Shown here piece by piece: positions 53,450-63,744 of a DNA stretch of 64,000 nt; within the stretch, counting starts at the first letter, position 1, and every line of letters begins with the position of its first letter. Under the pieces are notes generated by a model. It had not been told where the DNA came from. It searched no databases and worked only from the letters and a program-made list of their open reading frames with translations. The position numbers and the translations under genes were made by a program. Source of the DNA: an uncultured Acidimicrobiia bacterium (lineage in GTDB: Bacteria > Actinomycetota > Acidimicrobiia > Spongiisociales > UBA11373); NCBI GenBank assembly GCA_963796115.1, contig CAWCKE010000005.1, positions 379,455 through 443,454 on the forward strand. Direction: 5' to 3'.

Positions 53450-54680
53450 ATGATCCCCGCCGCCGCCCGGGCCGACCTCCGCCGGTGGGCTACCGACGGC
53501 ACGCCGTACATAGTCGGGGGGACCATCGTCGCCTCCCTCGGGTCCTACGCCTTCCAGATGATCGGGGCCCGGGCCCTCGGGGCGGCCGCCTTCGACCCGG
53601 TGAGCGCCCTGCTCACCGTGCACTTCCTGGTGTTCGCGGTGCTGCTGCTGCCGGTGGAGCAGTTCGAGATCCGGCGGGTCACGTTGGGGACCACGGGCGG
53701 GGCCCGGGCGGTGGCCGGGGTGGTGGCCGCCGGCGCCCTGGGAGCGACGGCCTTCACCGTGCTGGCGCGGGACCGCTACTTCGCCGGCGACATGGTCTAC
53801 GCGGCCATCGGGTTCGTCACCGTCGTGGGGAACGCGGTCATGGCCCTGGGCCGGGGTCGGCTGGCCGGGCGCCGCCGATTCCGCGGCATACGGCCTGGTG
53901 AGCGGGGTGGTGGCGACGGTCCGCGTGTTGCTGGCCCTGGCCTTCCTGGCGATAGCCAGCACCGGCCGGAGCGTGGGGTGGGCGCTGGCCGTGGCCCCGC
54001 TCGTGGTACTGGCCTGGATGCCGTTTCGCCGGGACCCGGAGGGCACGGCCCGCCGGTCGGAGGCGCCGGGCCGGTTCCTCACCGGGTTCGTCCTGGCCAG
54101 CGCCGCCTCCCAGGTGCTGCTGCTCCTGGCCCCCCTGGCGGTGGGCATCCTGACCGACCAGGCGGGGCTGATGAGCGTGGTCTTCGTCACCTTCCAGCTG
54201 TTCCGCCTGCCCATCGTGATGACCCAGAACCTGATGGCCCGCTTGCTGCCCCCGTTCACCAACCTCGCCGCCGCCGGGCGGGACGAGGACCTGCGGCGCT
54301 GGGTGAGGCGATTCAGCGCGGGGGCGCTGGTGCTGGCGCCGGTGGCCGGCGGCCTGGCCTGGTGGTGGGGCCCGGCCCTCGTGCGGCTGCTCTTCGGGGC
54401 GGAGTTCGAGCCGAGCCGGGAGGTGGCGGCGCTGGCCGCCGCCGGGACAGTGCTGGCCGCGGTCTCCCTGCTGGCGGGCCAGGTGTTGGTGGCCCGGGGC
54501 CGGACGATGCTCCTCGCCGGCGCCTGGGCGGCCGGGTTCGCGGTCGCGGTCGCCGGCCTGGCGCCGATGGTCGAGGAGGCCGATGCCCGGGTCTCCTGGG
54601 CCTTCGTGCTGGGTGAGGCGGCCGCCCTGGCCGCCATCGTGCTGATCGCGTTGCGTCGGCGGCCCCGGCCGGCGCAGTAG
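53450..54680 (+). CDS. Polysaccharide/oligosaccharide flippase-like membrane protein (MOP/Wzx-like, 12-14 TMs), one indel near 53885
   Basis: The N-terminal half is in ORF 53378..54616 frame (MIPAAARADLRRWATDGTPYIVGGTIVASLGSYAFQMIGARALG...). The C-terminal half is in ORF 53898..54680 frame. The junction is at GGCGCCGCCGATT. Confidence 0.55.
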
Positions 54681-54690
54681 GGTTCGGCCG

Positions 54691-55665
54691 ATGCGCACCA
54701 TCCTCGTCACCGGCGGGGCCGGCTTCATCGGATCCCACCTGGCCGAGGCCGCGCTGGCCGGCGGCGACGCGGTCGTGGCGGTGGATGATCTCTCCACCGG
54801 CTCGTACCGCAACGTCGGCAACCTGAGCGGGGGCAACTTCCATCTGGTGGTGGCGAGCGTGGACGACGCGGCCACCATCGAAGGGCTGGTGCGGGCCGCC
54901 GACATCGTGTATCACCTGGCGGCCGCCGTCGGGGTCAAGCTGATCGTCGAGGACCCGGTCCGCACCATCGAGACCAACATCCGGGGGACCGAAGTGGTGC
55001 TGCGCCTGGCCAACAAATGGCGGCGCCCGGTGGTGGTGGCTTCCACCTCGGAGGTGTACGGCAAGTCCCAGCGGGTCCCCTACGCCGAGGACCACGACAT
55101 GGTCCTCGGCCCCACCACCCATTCGCGCTGGGCCTACGCCGCCTCCAAGGCCATCGACGAGTTCCTGGCCATCGCCTACTTCCGGCGGGACGGGCTCCCG
55201 GTGATCATCGCCCGCCTGTTCAACACCGTGGGGCCCCGGCAGACCGGCCGCTACGGGATGGTGATCCCCACCTTCGTCCGCCAGGCGCTGGCCGGGGAGC
55301 CGATCACCGTGTACGGCGACGGCCGCCAGAGCCGTGCCTTCACCTTCGTGGGCGACACGGTGAGGGCGTTGCTCGAGCTGCCCCGGCACGAGGCGGCCTT
55401 CGGCGAGGTGTTCAACATCGGCGGGGGGCAGGAGATCACCATCATGGAGCTCGCCCACCTGGTGCGGGAGCGCGCGGGGTCGGCGTCGGAGATCGTCACC
55501 CTGCCCTACGACCAGGCTTATGCCCCCGGTTTCGAGGACATGCAGCGGCGTGTCCCCGACATCGCCAAGCTGCAGCGGGTCACCGGCTACGCACCGTCCG
55601 TGGGCCTGCCGGAGATCATCGACCGGGTGGTCGAGTACCAGCGGCAGAACCCGGGCTTCGTCTAG
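54691..55665 (+). CDS. NAD-dependent epimerase/dehydratase (UDP-sugar epimerase / UDP-glucuronate decarboxylase-like)
   Basis: VTGGAGFIGSHL, YAASKAIDE (YxxxK); 324 aa intact. Confidence 0.8.
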   Translation: MRTILVTGGAGFIGSHLAEAALAGGDAVVAVDDLSTGSYRNVGNLSGGNFHLVVASVDDAATIEGLVRAADIVYHLAAAVGVKLIVEDPVRTIETNIRGTEVVLRLANKWRRPVVVASTSEVYGKSQRVPYAEDHDMVLGPTTHSRWAYAASKAIDEFLAIAYFRRDGLPVIIARLFNTVGPRQTGRYGMVIPTFVRQALAGEPITVYGDGRQSRAFTFVGDTVRALLELPRHEAAFGEVFNIGGGQEITIMELAHLVRERAGSASEIVTLPYDQAYAPGFEDMQRRVPDIAKLQRVTGYAPSVGLPEIIDRVVEYQRQNPGFV

Positions 55666-56655
55666 ATGGCGGCCGCCCTCCTGGCGTTCGCCCTGTCGGC
55701 CGCCATCAGCCTCGCCGTCGTGCGGCTGCCGTGGCTGGGAGCGCGCCTGACCCGGCCGGCCGGAGGCCAACGCTGGCGCTCGGACCCAGTCCCGCTGGCC
55801 GGCGGGCTCGCCATGTGTGCCGGGTACGGGGTGGCGCTGGCGGCCTTCGGTCGGTCGGCCACCGGCGTGTGGGCGGTGCTCGGGGCGGCCGGCGCTGCCC
55901 TCGCGGTGGGACTGGCCGACGATGTGCGCCCGCTGCCGCCGGTGGTCAAACTGGCCGGGCAGGTGGGCGCCGGGGTGGTGCTGGCGGCGGCCGGGGTGCG
56001 GCTGGCCCTGCCCGGTCCCGAGGCGGTCGCCTGGGCGGCGACCGTGCTGTGGGTGGTGATCGCCGCCAACGCAGTCAACATCTTCGACAACATCGACGGG
56101 GCCGCCGGGGCGGCGGCGCTGGTCGCGGCGGCGGCCCTGTGGGCCTGGTGGGGGATCGGCTCGGGCCCGGTTCCCCTGGCCTCCGCTCTGGCGGGGGCGG
56201 CCGCGGGGTTCCTGGTCTTCAACCTTCCCCCCGCCCGCGTGTTCATGGGCGATGCCGGCTCGCACTTCCTGGGGACGGCCCTGGCCGGCCTGACCGTCCT
56301 CGACGCCGGGCGGGCGGGCTCGGGGAGCGCGGTTCCGGCGACGCTGGTGGTTCTCGTCCCGGTCGTGCTGCTGGCGGTGCCGCTGTTCGACGCTGCCCTG
56401 GTGGCGGTGGAGCGGCGGAGGCACGGGCGCCCGGTCATGGCGGGCGGGCGCGACCACACCTCGCACCGCCTCCTGGGCCTCGGCCTCGGCCTCGGCCCGG
56501 TGGTGGCGCTGCTCAGCGGACTGGCGCTGCTCGCGGCGGGGGTCGCCACCCTGGCGGCCCTGGACTGGCGCTGGTTCGCCGGCGGCGCCGCCCTGCTGGG
56601 CGCCGGGCTGGCGGTGCTGGGCGCCCGGCTGGCGCGGATGGCGGTCTACGGCTGA
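55666..56655 (+). CDS. Glycosyltransferase family 4, polyprenyl-phosphate N-acetylhexosamine-1-phosphate transferase (WecA/MraY-like)
   Basis: NAVNIFDNIDGAAG and VFMGDAGSHFLG motifs; ATG overlaps previous stop (TAGATGG). Confidence 0.75.
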   Translation: MAAALLAFALSAAISLAVVRLPWLGARLTRPAGGQRWRSDPVPLAGGLAMCAGYGVALAAFGRSATGVWAVLGAAGAALAVGLADDVRPLPPVVKLAGQVGAGVVLAAAGVRLALPGPEAVAWAATVLWVVIAANAVNIFDNIDGAAGAAALVAAAALWAWWGIGSGPVPLASALAGAAAGFLVFNLPPARVFMGDAGSHFLGTALAGLTVLDAGRAGSGSAVPATLVVLVPVVLLAVPLFDAALVAVERRRHGRPVMAGGRDHTSHRLLGLGLGLGPVVALLSGLALLAAGVATLAALDWRWFAGGAALLGAGLAVLGARLARMAVYG

Positions 56656-58187
56656 ACGGGATCGTTCAACGGCTGACTGCAGATGTCGTCGAGGGGCTGC
56701 AGGTTGAGGACCTCGATGGCCTCGAGCGGGGGCAGGCTCAGGGCGGTGGCCACCGTCTCGGTGATGAAGTCACGGTCGGGGATGGGGTACCGGTCCTCGG
56801 TCCAGGCTTCGATGTACGAGGTGGGGGTCCCGACGAACTCCGGGGCGTAGGGCATGAAGCGGATGGAGACGATCTCGTCGGTGTTCACTTTGGAGAGCAA
56901 GTCGACGAACGCGGCGAGCTCGTCCATGGGCACGTCGGTGAAGACGCTGTCCTCGACGGCGGGCACGATGGTGGGGAGTTCGTGGATGAGGGTCACCGGG
57001 TCGGCCTGCTCGGCCAGGGCTTCCAGGACGCAGCGCTGGCGGTTCATGCGGTTGAAGTCGGTCGATCCCTGGCGGGAGCGGGCGTAGTAGAGGGCCATCT
57101 CGCCGTCCATGTGGTAGGTGCCCGGCTGCAGGTCGATCACCGAGTAGGTGCCGTCCACGTTGGGGTACTCCGTGTCGTAGACGCGCTCGGGGACGTAGAT
57201 GTCCACCCCGCCGATGGCGTCGATGATCTCCACAAAGCCCTCGAGGTCCACGAGGGCGTAGTAGTGGATGTCGATGCCCAGCAGGTACCCGAGCAGGTCC
57301 TTCATGGCGGTCGCCCCCGAGTTGGGCCCTGCGAACAGGTCGGGCCGGCTGAGCCCCCAGCCGTACAACTCGTTGGCGATCATGTCGAAGCAGTCCCCGC
57401 AGGCCCAGGCGCCCTGCGCCGGGTGGCCGGGCGGGATGGGGAGTTGGATGAGGTTGCGGGGGATGCCGAACATGGCGGTCCACCCGGTGGCGGGGTCGAT
57501 GGAGACCACGATCATCGTGTCGGTGCGCATGCCGCGGCGGCCCACGCCGGAGTCGCCGCCGAGTAGCAGGATGTTCACCCGGCCTTCTTCGGGGAAGACG
57601 TCGGACAGGGTGGTCGTAGTGGTCGAGGGGAGGGAACTGGTTGTGGAGGACGACCCCGGTACCGACGAAATCGGCGCCGGTGTGGTGGTGGTCACGTCCT
57701 CCAGGTCGACCTGGCCGGGATCCTGGTTGAAGTCGTGAGTCAGCAAGTCGTGGGCGAGCAGGACGCGCTGCCCGACGTAGAGGTGGGGGTAGCCGGTGGC
57801 CAGCAGCAGCAGGGTCAGCGCGCCGAGTGCCGCCAGACGGCCCGGCGTGCGGGGGCGTGAGGGCGCGGCAGCCATGTAGGCGTCGGCGGCGGCGAAGGCG
57901 CGCCAGCCCAGCAGGACGGCGTCGGCCACGGTGAGGAGGATGAGGCGGCCCGGCGTGAGGGAGAGGGCGGCGTCCAGGAGCCCGTCGCCGAAGTAGGCGG
58001 CGGCCAGCCACCAGACAGCCGGCACGGCCGCAGCGGCGGTGACTCCGAGGAGGACCCAGCCCCGCCGCTTCCGCCCGGTGTAGATCTGGCCGGCGCCGGG
58101 GAGGACGGCGGAGAGGAGGGCGGCGAGCAGGGCATTGGGCCGGCGAGAAGGGCCGGCGCCGCCTTCTGCCGGGAGGCCTGCGGGCAT
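56646..58187 (-). CDS. LCP (LytR-CpsA-Psr) family protein, second copy
   Basis: ILLLGGDSGVGRRGMRTDTMIVVSID...GIPRNL LCP core, N-terminal TM region, Ser/Thr-rich linker. Confidence 0.8.
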   Translation of the reverse strand: MPAGLPAEGGAGPSRRPNALLAALLSAVLPGAGQIYTGRKRRGWVLLGVTAAAAVPAVWWLAAAYFGDGLLDAALSLTPGRLILLTVADAVLLGWRAFAAADAYMAAAPSRPRTPGRLAALGALTLLLLATGYPHLYVGQRVLLAHDLLTHDFNQDPGQVDLEDVTTTTPAPISSVPGSSSTTSSLPSTTTTTLSDVFPEEGRVNILLLGGDSGVGRRGMRTDTMIVVSIDPATGWTAMFGIPRNLIQLPIPPGHPAQGAWACGDCFDMIANELYGWGLSRPDLFAGPNSGATAMKDLLGYLLGIDIHYYALVDLEGFVEIIDAIGGVDIYVPERVYDTEYPNVDGTYSVIDLQPGTYHMDGEMALYYARSRQGSTDFNRMNRQRCVLEALAEQADPVTLIHELPTIVPAVEDSVFTDVPMDELAAFVDLLSKVNTDEIVSIRFMPYAPEFVGTPTSYIEAWTEDRYPIPDRDFITETVATALSLPPLEAIEVLNLQPLDDICSQPLNDPVQP

Positions 58188-58299
58188 CCCATCAGCATAC
58201 GACCGGCCCGGGCGGCCGCCGGGCGTTGGCGACGTCGGCGGCTGGTCTCCGTCCGGTCGGAATCCCTAGGATGTAAGCAACTACCCCCAGCGCTGGGAG

Positions 58300-59628
58300 G
58301 GACCGTGAGACGCAAATGGTCATTGGTGGCGCTATTGGCCGTTCTTCGCTCTGATCGTCGCCGCTTGCGGTGACGACGAGGGCGAGACGACCACCAGCGC
58401 CGCGGAAACGACGACGACGGCGGCCGAAGAAACGACGACGACGGCGGCCGGAGAAACGACGACGACGGCGGCCGAGGAAACGACGACGACGGCGGCCGAG
58501 GAGCCTTTCACCATCGGGATGATCCTGGTCGGGCCGCAGAACGACCACGGGTGGAGCCAGGCGCACTACGACGCCGGGGTCTACCTGCAGGATCAGCTCG
58601 GGGTGGAGCTGATCGTCCTGGACAGTGTGAACACGGCCGACCGGCCGGAGACCACTGTGGACCAGGTGGTCACCCAGATGGTCGACCAGGGGGCAGACCT
58701 GATCTTCGCCACCTCGGACGACATGAAGGACGGCATCCTGCTCGGGGCGGAGCAGCATCCCGAGGTGCCGATGATCTGGTCGTCGGGTGACAGCGCCTGG
58801 CCCGAGGCGGGGGAGGCCTACCGGCCCGACCTGACCAACCTGGGCAACACGATGGGCAAGATGGAGTACGGCAAGATGATGGCCGGCTGCGCAGCGGCGC
58901 TCACCTCGGAGACCGGCCAGCTCGGTTACCTGGGCCCGCTGATCAACGCCGAGACCCTGCGTCTGGCCAGCTCCGTCTACCTGGGCGCCAAGTACTGCTG
59001 GGAGAACCTCCGCGCGGCGAGCGACGCCGGCACGCCGCCTGCGGGCTTCCGGGTCGACTGGATCGGCTTCTGGTTCAACATCCCCGGCGTCACTCTCGAT
59101 CCGACCCAGGTGGCCAACGACTTCTTCGACTCGGGCATCGACGTGGTGATCTCGGGCATCGACACCACCGAGGGCCTGGTGGTGGCCGGGCAGCGGGCCG
59201 CCGCCGGCGAGGCCGTCTGGGCCATCCCCTACGACTTCCGGGGCGCCTGCGACGAAGCGCCCGAGGTCTGCCTGGGCGTGCCCTACTTCAACTGGGGCCC
59301 CGCCTACAAGCGGATCGTGGAGTCCGTCATGGACGGCACCTTCGAAGCCTCCTTCGAGTGGTTCGGGCCGGACTGGGCCGACCTCAACAACGTCGACACC
59401 TCCGGCGTCGGGTTCATCAACGGACCGGCGCTCTCGGCGGAGAACGCGGAGTTGCTCGACCAGTTCATCGCCGGCCTGGCCGACGGCTCGATCAACCTGT
59501 TCACCGGGCCGCTCAACTACCAGGACGGGACCCCGTTCCTGGGCGACGGCGAAGTGGCCACCGACGTGCAGATCTGGTTCATGGAGCAGCTGCTGGAAGG
59601 CATGGAGGGAGCCAGCTCGGCGGGCTGA
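58300..59628 (+). CDS. BMP-family (basic membrane protein / nucleoside-binding) ABC substrate-binding lipoprotein; indel near 58345 inside the signal peptide
   Basis: GTG 58300 VRRKWSLVALLAVL then frame shift to FALIVAACGDDEGE (lipobox), [AAEETTTT]x4 linker, mature domain PFTIGMILVGPQNDHGWSQAHYDAG... Confidence 0.7.
58405..58500 (+). repeat. 4 x 24-bp tandem repeat (GAAACGACGACGACGGCGGCCGAR) encoding ETTTTAAE linker
   Basis: Read directly: copies at 58405, 58429, 58453, 58477 with single-base variation in the last codon. Confidence 0.85.
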
Positions 59629-59719
59629 GCACGCTCTCTCTTGGAGTGATGGGGGAAGGCGACCGCCTTCCCCCATCCGTATGGCGCCGGCAAGGCGCCG
59701 CCTCTAGCCTCCGGGCACG

Positions 59720-61178
59720 ATGAGCCTGGAACTGCGCGGCATCCACAAGCGCTACGGCGCGGTGCGGGCCACCGACGGGGTCGACCTCCGCCTGGAAGCC
59801 GGGGCCATCCACGGCCTGCTCGGGGAGAACGGGGCGGGCAAGTCCACGCTCATGAAGGTGCTCTCCGGGTTCGTCGCTCCCGACGCCGGGGAGGTGCTCC
59901 TCGACGGCAAGGCGGTGCCCCTCGGTTCCACCCGGGCCGCCATCCGGGCCGGCATCGGCATGCTCCACCAGGACCCGCTGGTCTTCCTTCCCTTCACCGT
60001 GCTCGACAACTTCCTGCTGGGCAGCGGGCGCCGGGTGGATCGGGGCGGCCGCCGCCGGCGAATTGGAGCGCATCGGGGCCCAGTTCGGCTTCCAGTTCGA
60101 CCCCAGCGCCCCGGCGCGGTCGCTGACGGTGGGGGAGCGCCAGCAGCTGGAGATCGCCCGCCTCCTCTGGCTGGGGGCCCGGGTGCTCATCCTCGACGAG
60201 CCGACGACGGGGATCTCCGCCTCCCAGCAGGAGCGCCTCTTCGCCACGCTGCGCGCCCTGGCCGGCCAGGGGATGATCGTCGCCTTCGTATCCCACAAGC
60301 TCGAGGAGGTGGAGGCCCTCTGCCAGACGGTCTCGGTGATGCGCCGGGGCAAGGTGGTGGGCGAGGCCTCCCTGCCCTGTCCCACCGAACAGCTGGTCGA
60401 GATGATGTTCGGCCGGGTGGTGGCCCCACCGCAGAAGGAGGGAGTGGCGCTCGGCGAGCCGGTGCTTTCGCTGGAGCGAGTTCAGCTCGAAGACCGGGTG
60501 GCGGCCGCCGAGTACTCCCTGACGGTGCGCGCAGGGGAAGTGATCGGCCTCGCCGGCCTCGAGGGGAGCGGCCAGCGCCCGTTCCTGCGCACCTGCGCCG
60601 GGCTCTCCCGCCCGGCGGAGGGCGTGCTGGCGGTCGGTGAGCGCGACCTCAGCACCGGCCGCTACCACGATTTCCTGGAGGCCGGGGTCCACTTCCTTCC
60701 CGCCGGGCGCCTGGAGGAGGGGCTGATCAGCGGCCTCACCATCACCGAGCACTTCCTGCTGGCGGCCGGGGCCAAGGGGCTGCGGATCGACTGGGGGGCC
60801 GCCGAGGCCGACGCCGAGAAACGCATCGCCGCCAACCTCATCGTGGGCACCCCGGCGTCCACCGCCGATGAGCTCTCCGGCGGCAACCAACAGCGGCTGC
60901 TGTTGGCGCTGATGCCCGCCGACGTGCGCCTGCTGCTCATGGAGCATCCCACCCGCGGCCTCGACCTGGAGTCGGCCGACTGGGTGTGGCGGCAGCTGCT
61001 CGAGAGGAGCCGCCGGGGCACGGCCATCGTGTTTGCCTCGGCCGACCTCGACGAGCTGCTCCGCTACAGCGACCGGATCCTGGTGTTCTTCGCCGGCAAG
61101 GTGCTGCGCGAAGTCCGGGCGGCCGAGACCAGTGGGGAGGAACTCGGCTACCTGATCGGCGGGAAGGTGGCACCGTGA
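59720..61178 (+). CDS. ABC transporter ATP-binding protein with duplicated NBDs (BMP/sugar-type), one indel near 60040
   Basis: NBD1 GENGAGKSTL in ORF 59720..60640 frame; after ...DNFLLGSG the protein continues in ORF 60063..61178 frame (LSVGERQQLEIARLL...ILDEPT; NBD2 GLEGSGQ...LSGGNQQRLLLA). Confidence 0.75.
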
Positions 61179-62227
61179 CCGTTCCCCCCGTCGTGCGCCG
61201 CGTCGCCAAGGTGCTCCTCCCGGTGGCCACCGCCCTGGCGCTGGGGGTGCTGCTGCTGATCTCGGCCGACGCTCCTCCGCTGGAGGCCTTGCGCCTGATC
61301 CTCGATGGCGCTCTGGGCAGCGCGGGCGGCCTGTCCTCGACCCTCATGGTCTGGGTGCCGCTCGTGCTGGCCGCCGCCGGGCTGGTGGTCACATTCGGAG
61401 CCGGGCTGTGGAACATCGGCATCGAGGGGCAGCTGGTCATGGGGGCGGTGGCGGGGGCCCTGGTGGCCCGCACAGTGCATGGGCCCTCGGGCCTCGTCAT
61501 CCCCTTGGTCGCCCTGGCCGGCATGCTCGGCGGGATGCTCTGGGGCCTGCTGGTCGGGGTGCTGCGCACCTCCGGCCGGGTCAATGAGATCTTCGGCGGC
61601 CTGGGCCTCGACTTCGTGGCCACCGGACTGGTGGTCTACCTGGTCATCGGGCCGTGGAAGAGAGTGGGGAGCGCCTCCACCAGCGGCACCGACCTGTTCC
61701 CCCGCGAGGCCTGGCTGCCCGGCACCGGCTCGCTGACGGCGTCCTGGGTGGCCCTGGCGCTGGCGGCGACGGCGGTGATCGTCGTCTACTTCCTGATGCG
61801 AGGCACCTACTTCGGGCTTCGCCTGCGGGCGGTGGGGCGCAATCCGCGCAGCGCCTTCCTCATGGGGATCTCCACGAACCGCTATCTGCTCGCTGCCTTC
61901 GCGGTGTGCGGGACGCTGGCCGGGCTGGGCGGCGCGCTGCACGCCACCGGCTTCCACCACAAACTGGTGCCCTCGGTGTCGGGGGGGTACGGCTTCCTCG
62001 GAATCCTGGTGGTCCTGCTCGCCGGCTTCCGGGCGACCTGGATCGCCCCGATCGCCCTGTTCTTCGCGATCATCTCGGTCGGGAGCACCCAGCTGCAGTT
62101 GCGCCTGCAACTGGACTCGGCTCTGGGCGGGGTGCTGCAGGGAGTGCTGGTGCTGTTCACCCTGCTCGCCGGCGGCTGGCAGCTGCGGCGGGCCTACCGG
62201 AGCCGGCGCGGCTCGGAAGGAGGTTGA
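61175..62227 (+). CDS. ABC transporter permease (BMP-associated, branched-chain-type fold)
   Basis: GTG 61175 overlapping upstream stop (GTGA); 8-10 TMs; WNIGIEGQL motif. Confidence 0.75.
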   Translation: MTVPPVVRRVAKVLLPVATALALGVLLLISADAPPLEALRLILDGALGSAGGLSSTLMVWVPLVLAAAGLVVTFGAGLWNIGIEGQLVMGAVAGALVARTVHGPSGLVIPLVALAGMLGGMLWGLLVGVLRTSGRVNEIFGGLGLDFVATGLVVYLVIGPWKRVGSASTSGTDLFPREAWLPGTGSLTASWVALALAATAVIVVYFLMRGTYFGLRLRAVGRNPRSAFLMGISTNRYLLAAFAVCGTLAGLGGALHATGFHHKLVPSVSGGYGFLGILVVLLAGFRATWIAPIALFFAIISVGSTQLQLRLQLDSALGGVLQGVLVLFTLLAGGWQLRRAYRSRRGSEGG

Positions 62228-62230
62228 GCG

Positions 62231-63172
62231 ATGGATGCGACCCTGGCCTCCATCGTCGCCGCCGCCAGCCCGCTCGTCTACGCGGTGGTCGGGGAGACCA
62301 TCGCCGAGAAGGCCGGTGTCATCAATCTCTCCCTCGACGGCTCCATCATGCTGTCGGCGATGGCCGGGTTCGCCACCGCCTACACCTCCGGCAGCGTGCT
62401 GCTGGGCTTCGTGGCGGCGATGCTGGTGTCGATGGTGGTGGCCCTGCTCATCGCCTTTGCCAGCATCGAACTGCGCCTGAACCAGATCGCCGTCGGCTTC
62501 GTGCTCACCCTGCTCTGCGCCGACCTGGCCTCCTTCCTGGGCAACCCTTACGTGGGCCAGCGCGTCGCCGGGGTGCCGCCGCTGGCCATACCGGGGCTGC
62601 GTGACATCCCGTTCCTGGGCACCGTCCTGTTCGAACACAACCTCTCGGTGTACGGCAGCTTCCTGGTGATCTTCGCCGCCTACTTCTTCATCTTCCACAC
62701 ACGGCGGGGCCTGGAACTGCAGGGGGTGGGGGAGCGGCCCGAGGCGGCGCACGCCCGCGGCGTCCGGGTGAACCTGCTGCGCTACGTGTACACGGTGGTG
62801 GGCGGGGCCCTGTGCGGCATCGCCGGGGCGGCCTTCTCCCTCGACGTGCTCCTCGGCTGGCGGGAAGGGCGCACCCAGAACTACGGCTGGATCGCCCTGG
62901 CCATCGTCATCTTCGGCGGCTGGCACCCGGTGCGGGGGGCGACCGGCGCCTACCTCTTCGGAGCGCTGTCGGTGGTGGCGCTCAAGCTGCAGCCGCACTG
63001 GCCGGACCTTTCCCAGATCCTGCCCATCACACCCTTCGCCCTGATGATCTTCGCCCTGCTCCTGGTGTCCCAGGACTGGCTCCGGCGCCTGGCCGACCGG
63101 TTCCCTGGCTGGCGCCGGCTGCTCAGTGGCGACTCGCCTTCGGCCATCGGCACCGCCTTCTGGCGCGAGTGA
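62231..63172 (+). CDS. ABC transporter permease (second subunit)
   Basis: 313-aa polytopic membrane protein directly downstream; GVINLSLDGSIML motif. Confidence 0.75.
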   Translation: MDATLASIVAAASPLVYAVVGETIAEKAGVINLSLDGSIMLSAMAGFATAYTSGSVLLGFVAAMLVSMVVALLIAFASIELRLNQIAVGFVLTLLCADLASFLGNPYVGQRVAGVPPLAIPGLRDIPFLGTVLFEHNLSVYGSFLVIFAAYFFIFHTRRGLELQGVGERPEAAHARGVRVNLLRYVYTVVGGALCGIAGAAFSLDVLLGWREGRTQNYGWIALAIVIFGGWHPVRGATGAYLFGALSVVALKLQPHWPDLSQILPITPFALMIFALLLVSQDWLRRLADRFPGWRRLLSGDSPSAIGTAFWRE

Positions 63173-63186
63173 GAGCGGGGGTCTCC

Positions 63187-63744
63187 ATGGCCAGGGTGGT
63201 CTGGAAGCAGCTTGGGCCCGGGGACCTGGCGGCTTTCCGGGAGTTCCTCGGCGGGCTCGCCGAGACGGATCGCCCGCTGTACGGCTTGCTGGGGGTGAAG
63301 GCCTGGTGGTGGACGCGACTGGGCGGCTGGGCCCGACCCTTGGTGATCCTCTTCCGGGGGCAGAGGGTCGTCCTCTACCAGCGGGCCTTCTGGGGGCGAC
63401 GGGCGGTGAGCCGGCGCGAGTACGGGGTGGCCGACCTGCAGCGCGTGTCGGTGCGCCGCGGCCCCCTGCTGGAGAGCGCCCGGCTCTTGTTCGCCGACGG
63501 CTTCTCCGTCCGGGTGGGCAGCCTGCCGCGGCACCAGTCCCAGCCGGTCGAGCAGTTCCTGAGGGAAGGGGCGGCTGCCCTCGATCCCGGCCGCCTGACG
63601 CCGGACCAGCTGACGAACACCTGTCTGGCCTGCGAGGCGATGGGGCTGAGCACCCGGCCGCCAGAGCAGGCGGCTCAGCCGGCCGCCCAGGAGCGGGCCG
63701 GCAGCCGGGGGATCAGCGGCGCCCAGGAGCCGTCGGGCTCGTAG
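63187..63744 (+). CDS. Hypothetical protein, possible bacterial PH (bPH_2/YdbT-like) domain; 3' end uncertain
   Basis: MARVVWKQLGPGDLAAFREF...VVLYQRAFWGRRAVSRREYGVADLQRVSVRRGPLLESARLLFADGFSVRV; last ~25 codons overlap the convergent sulfotransferase gene. Confidence 0.4.
   Translation: MARVVWKQLGPGDLAAFREFLGGLAETDRPLYGLLGVKAWWWTRLGGWARPLVILFRGQRVVLYQRAFWGRRAVSRREYGVADLQRVSVRRGPLLESARLLFADGFSVRVGSLPRHQSQPVEQFLREGAAALDPGRLTPDQLTNTCLACEAMGLSTRPPEQAAQPAAQERAGSRGISGAQEPSGS

Noticed and set aside
58332-58514. Minus-strand ORF encoding (AAVVVVSS)n
   Set aside because: Mirror image of the coding 24-bp tandem repeat in the BMP lipoprotein gene, not an independent gene.
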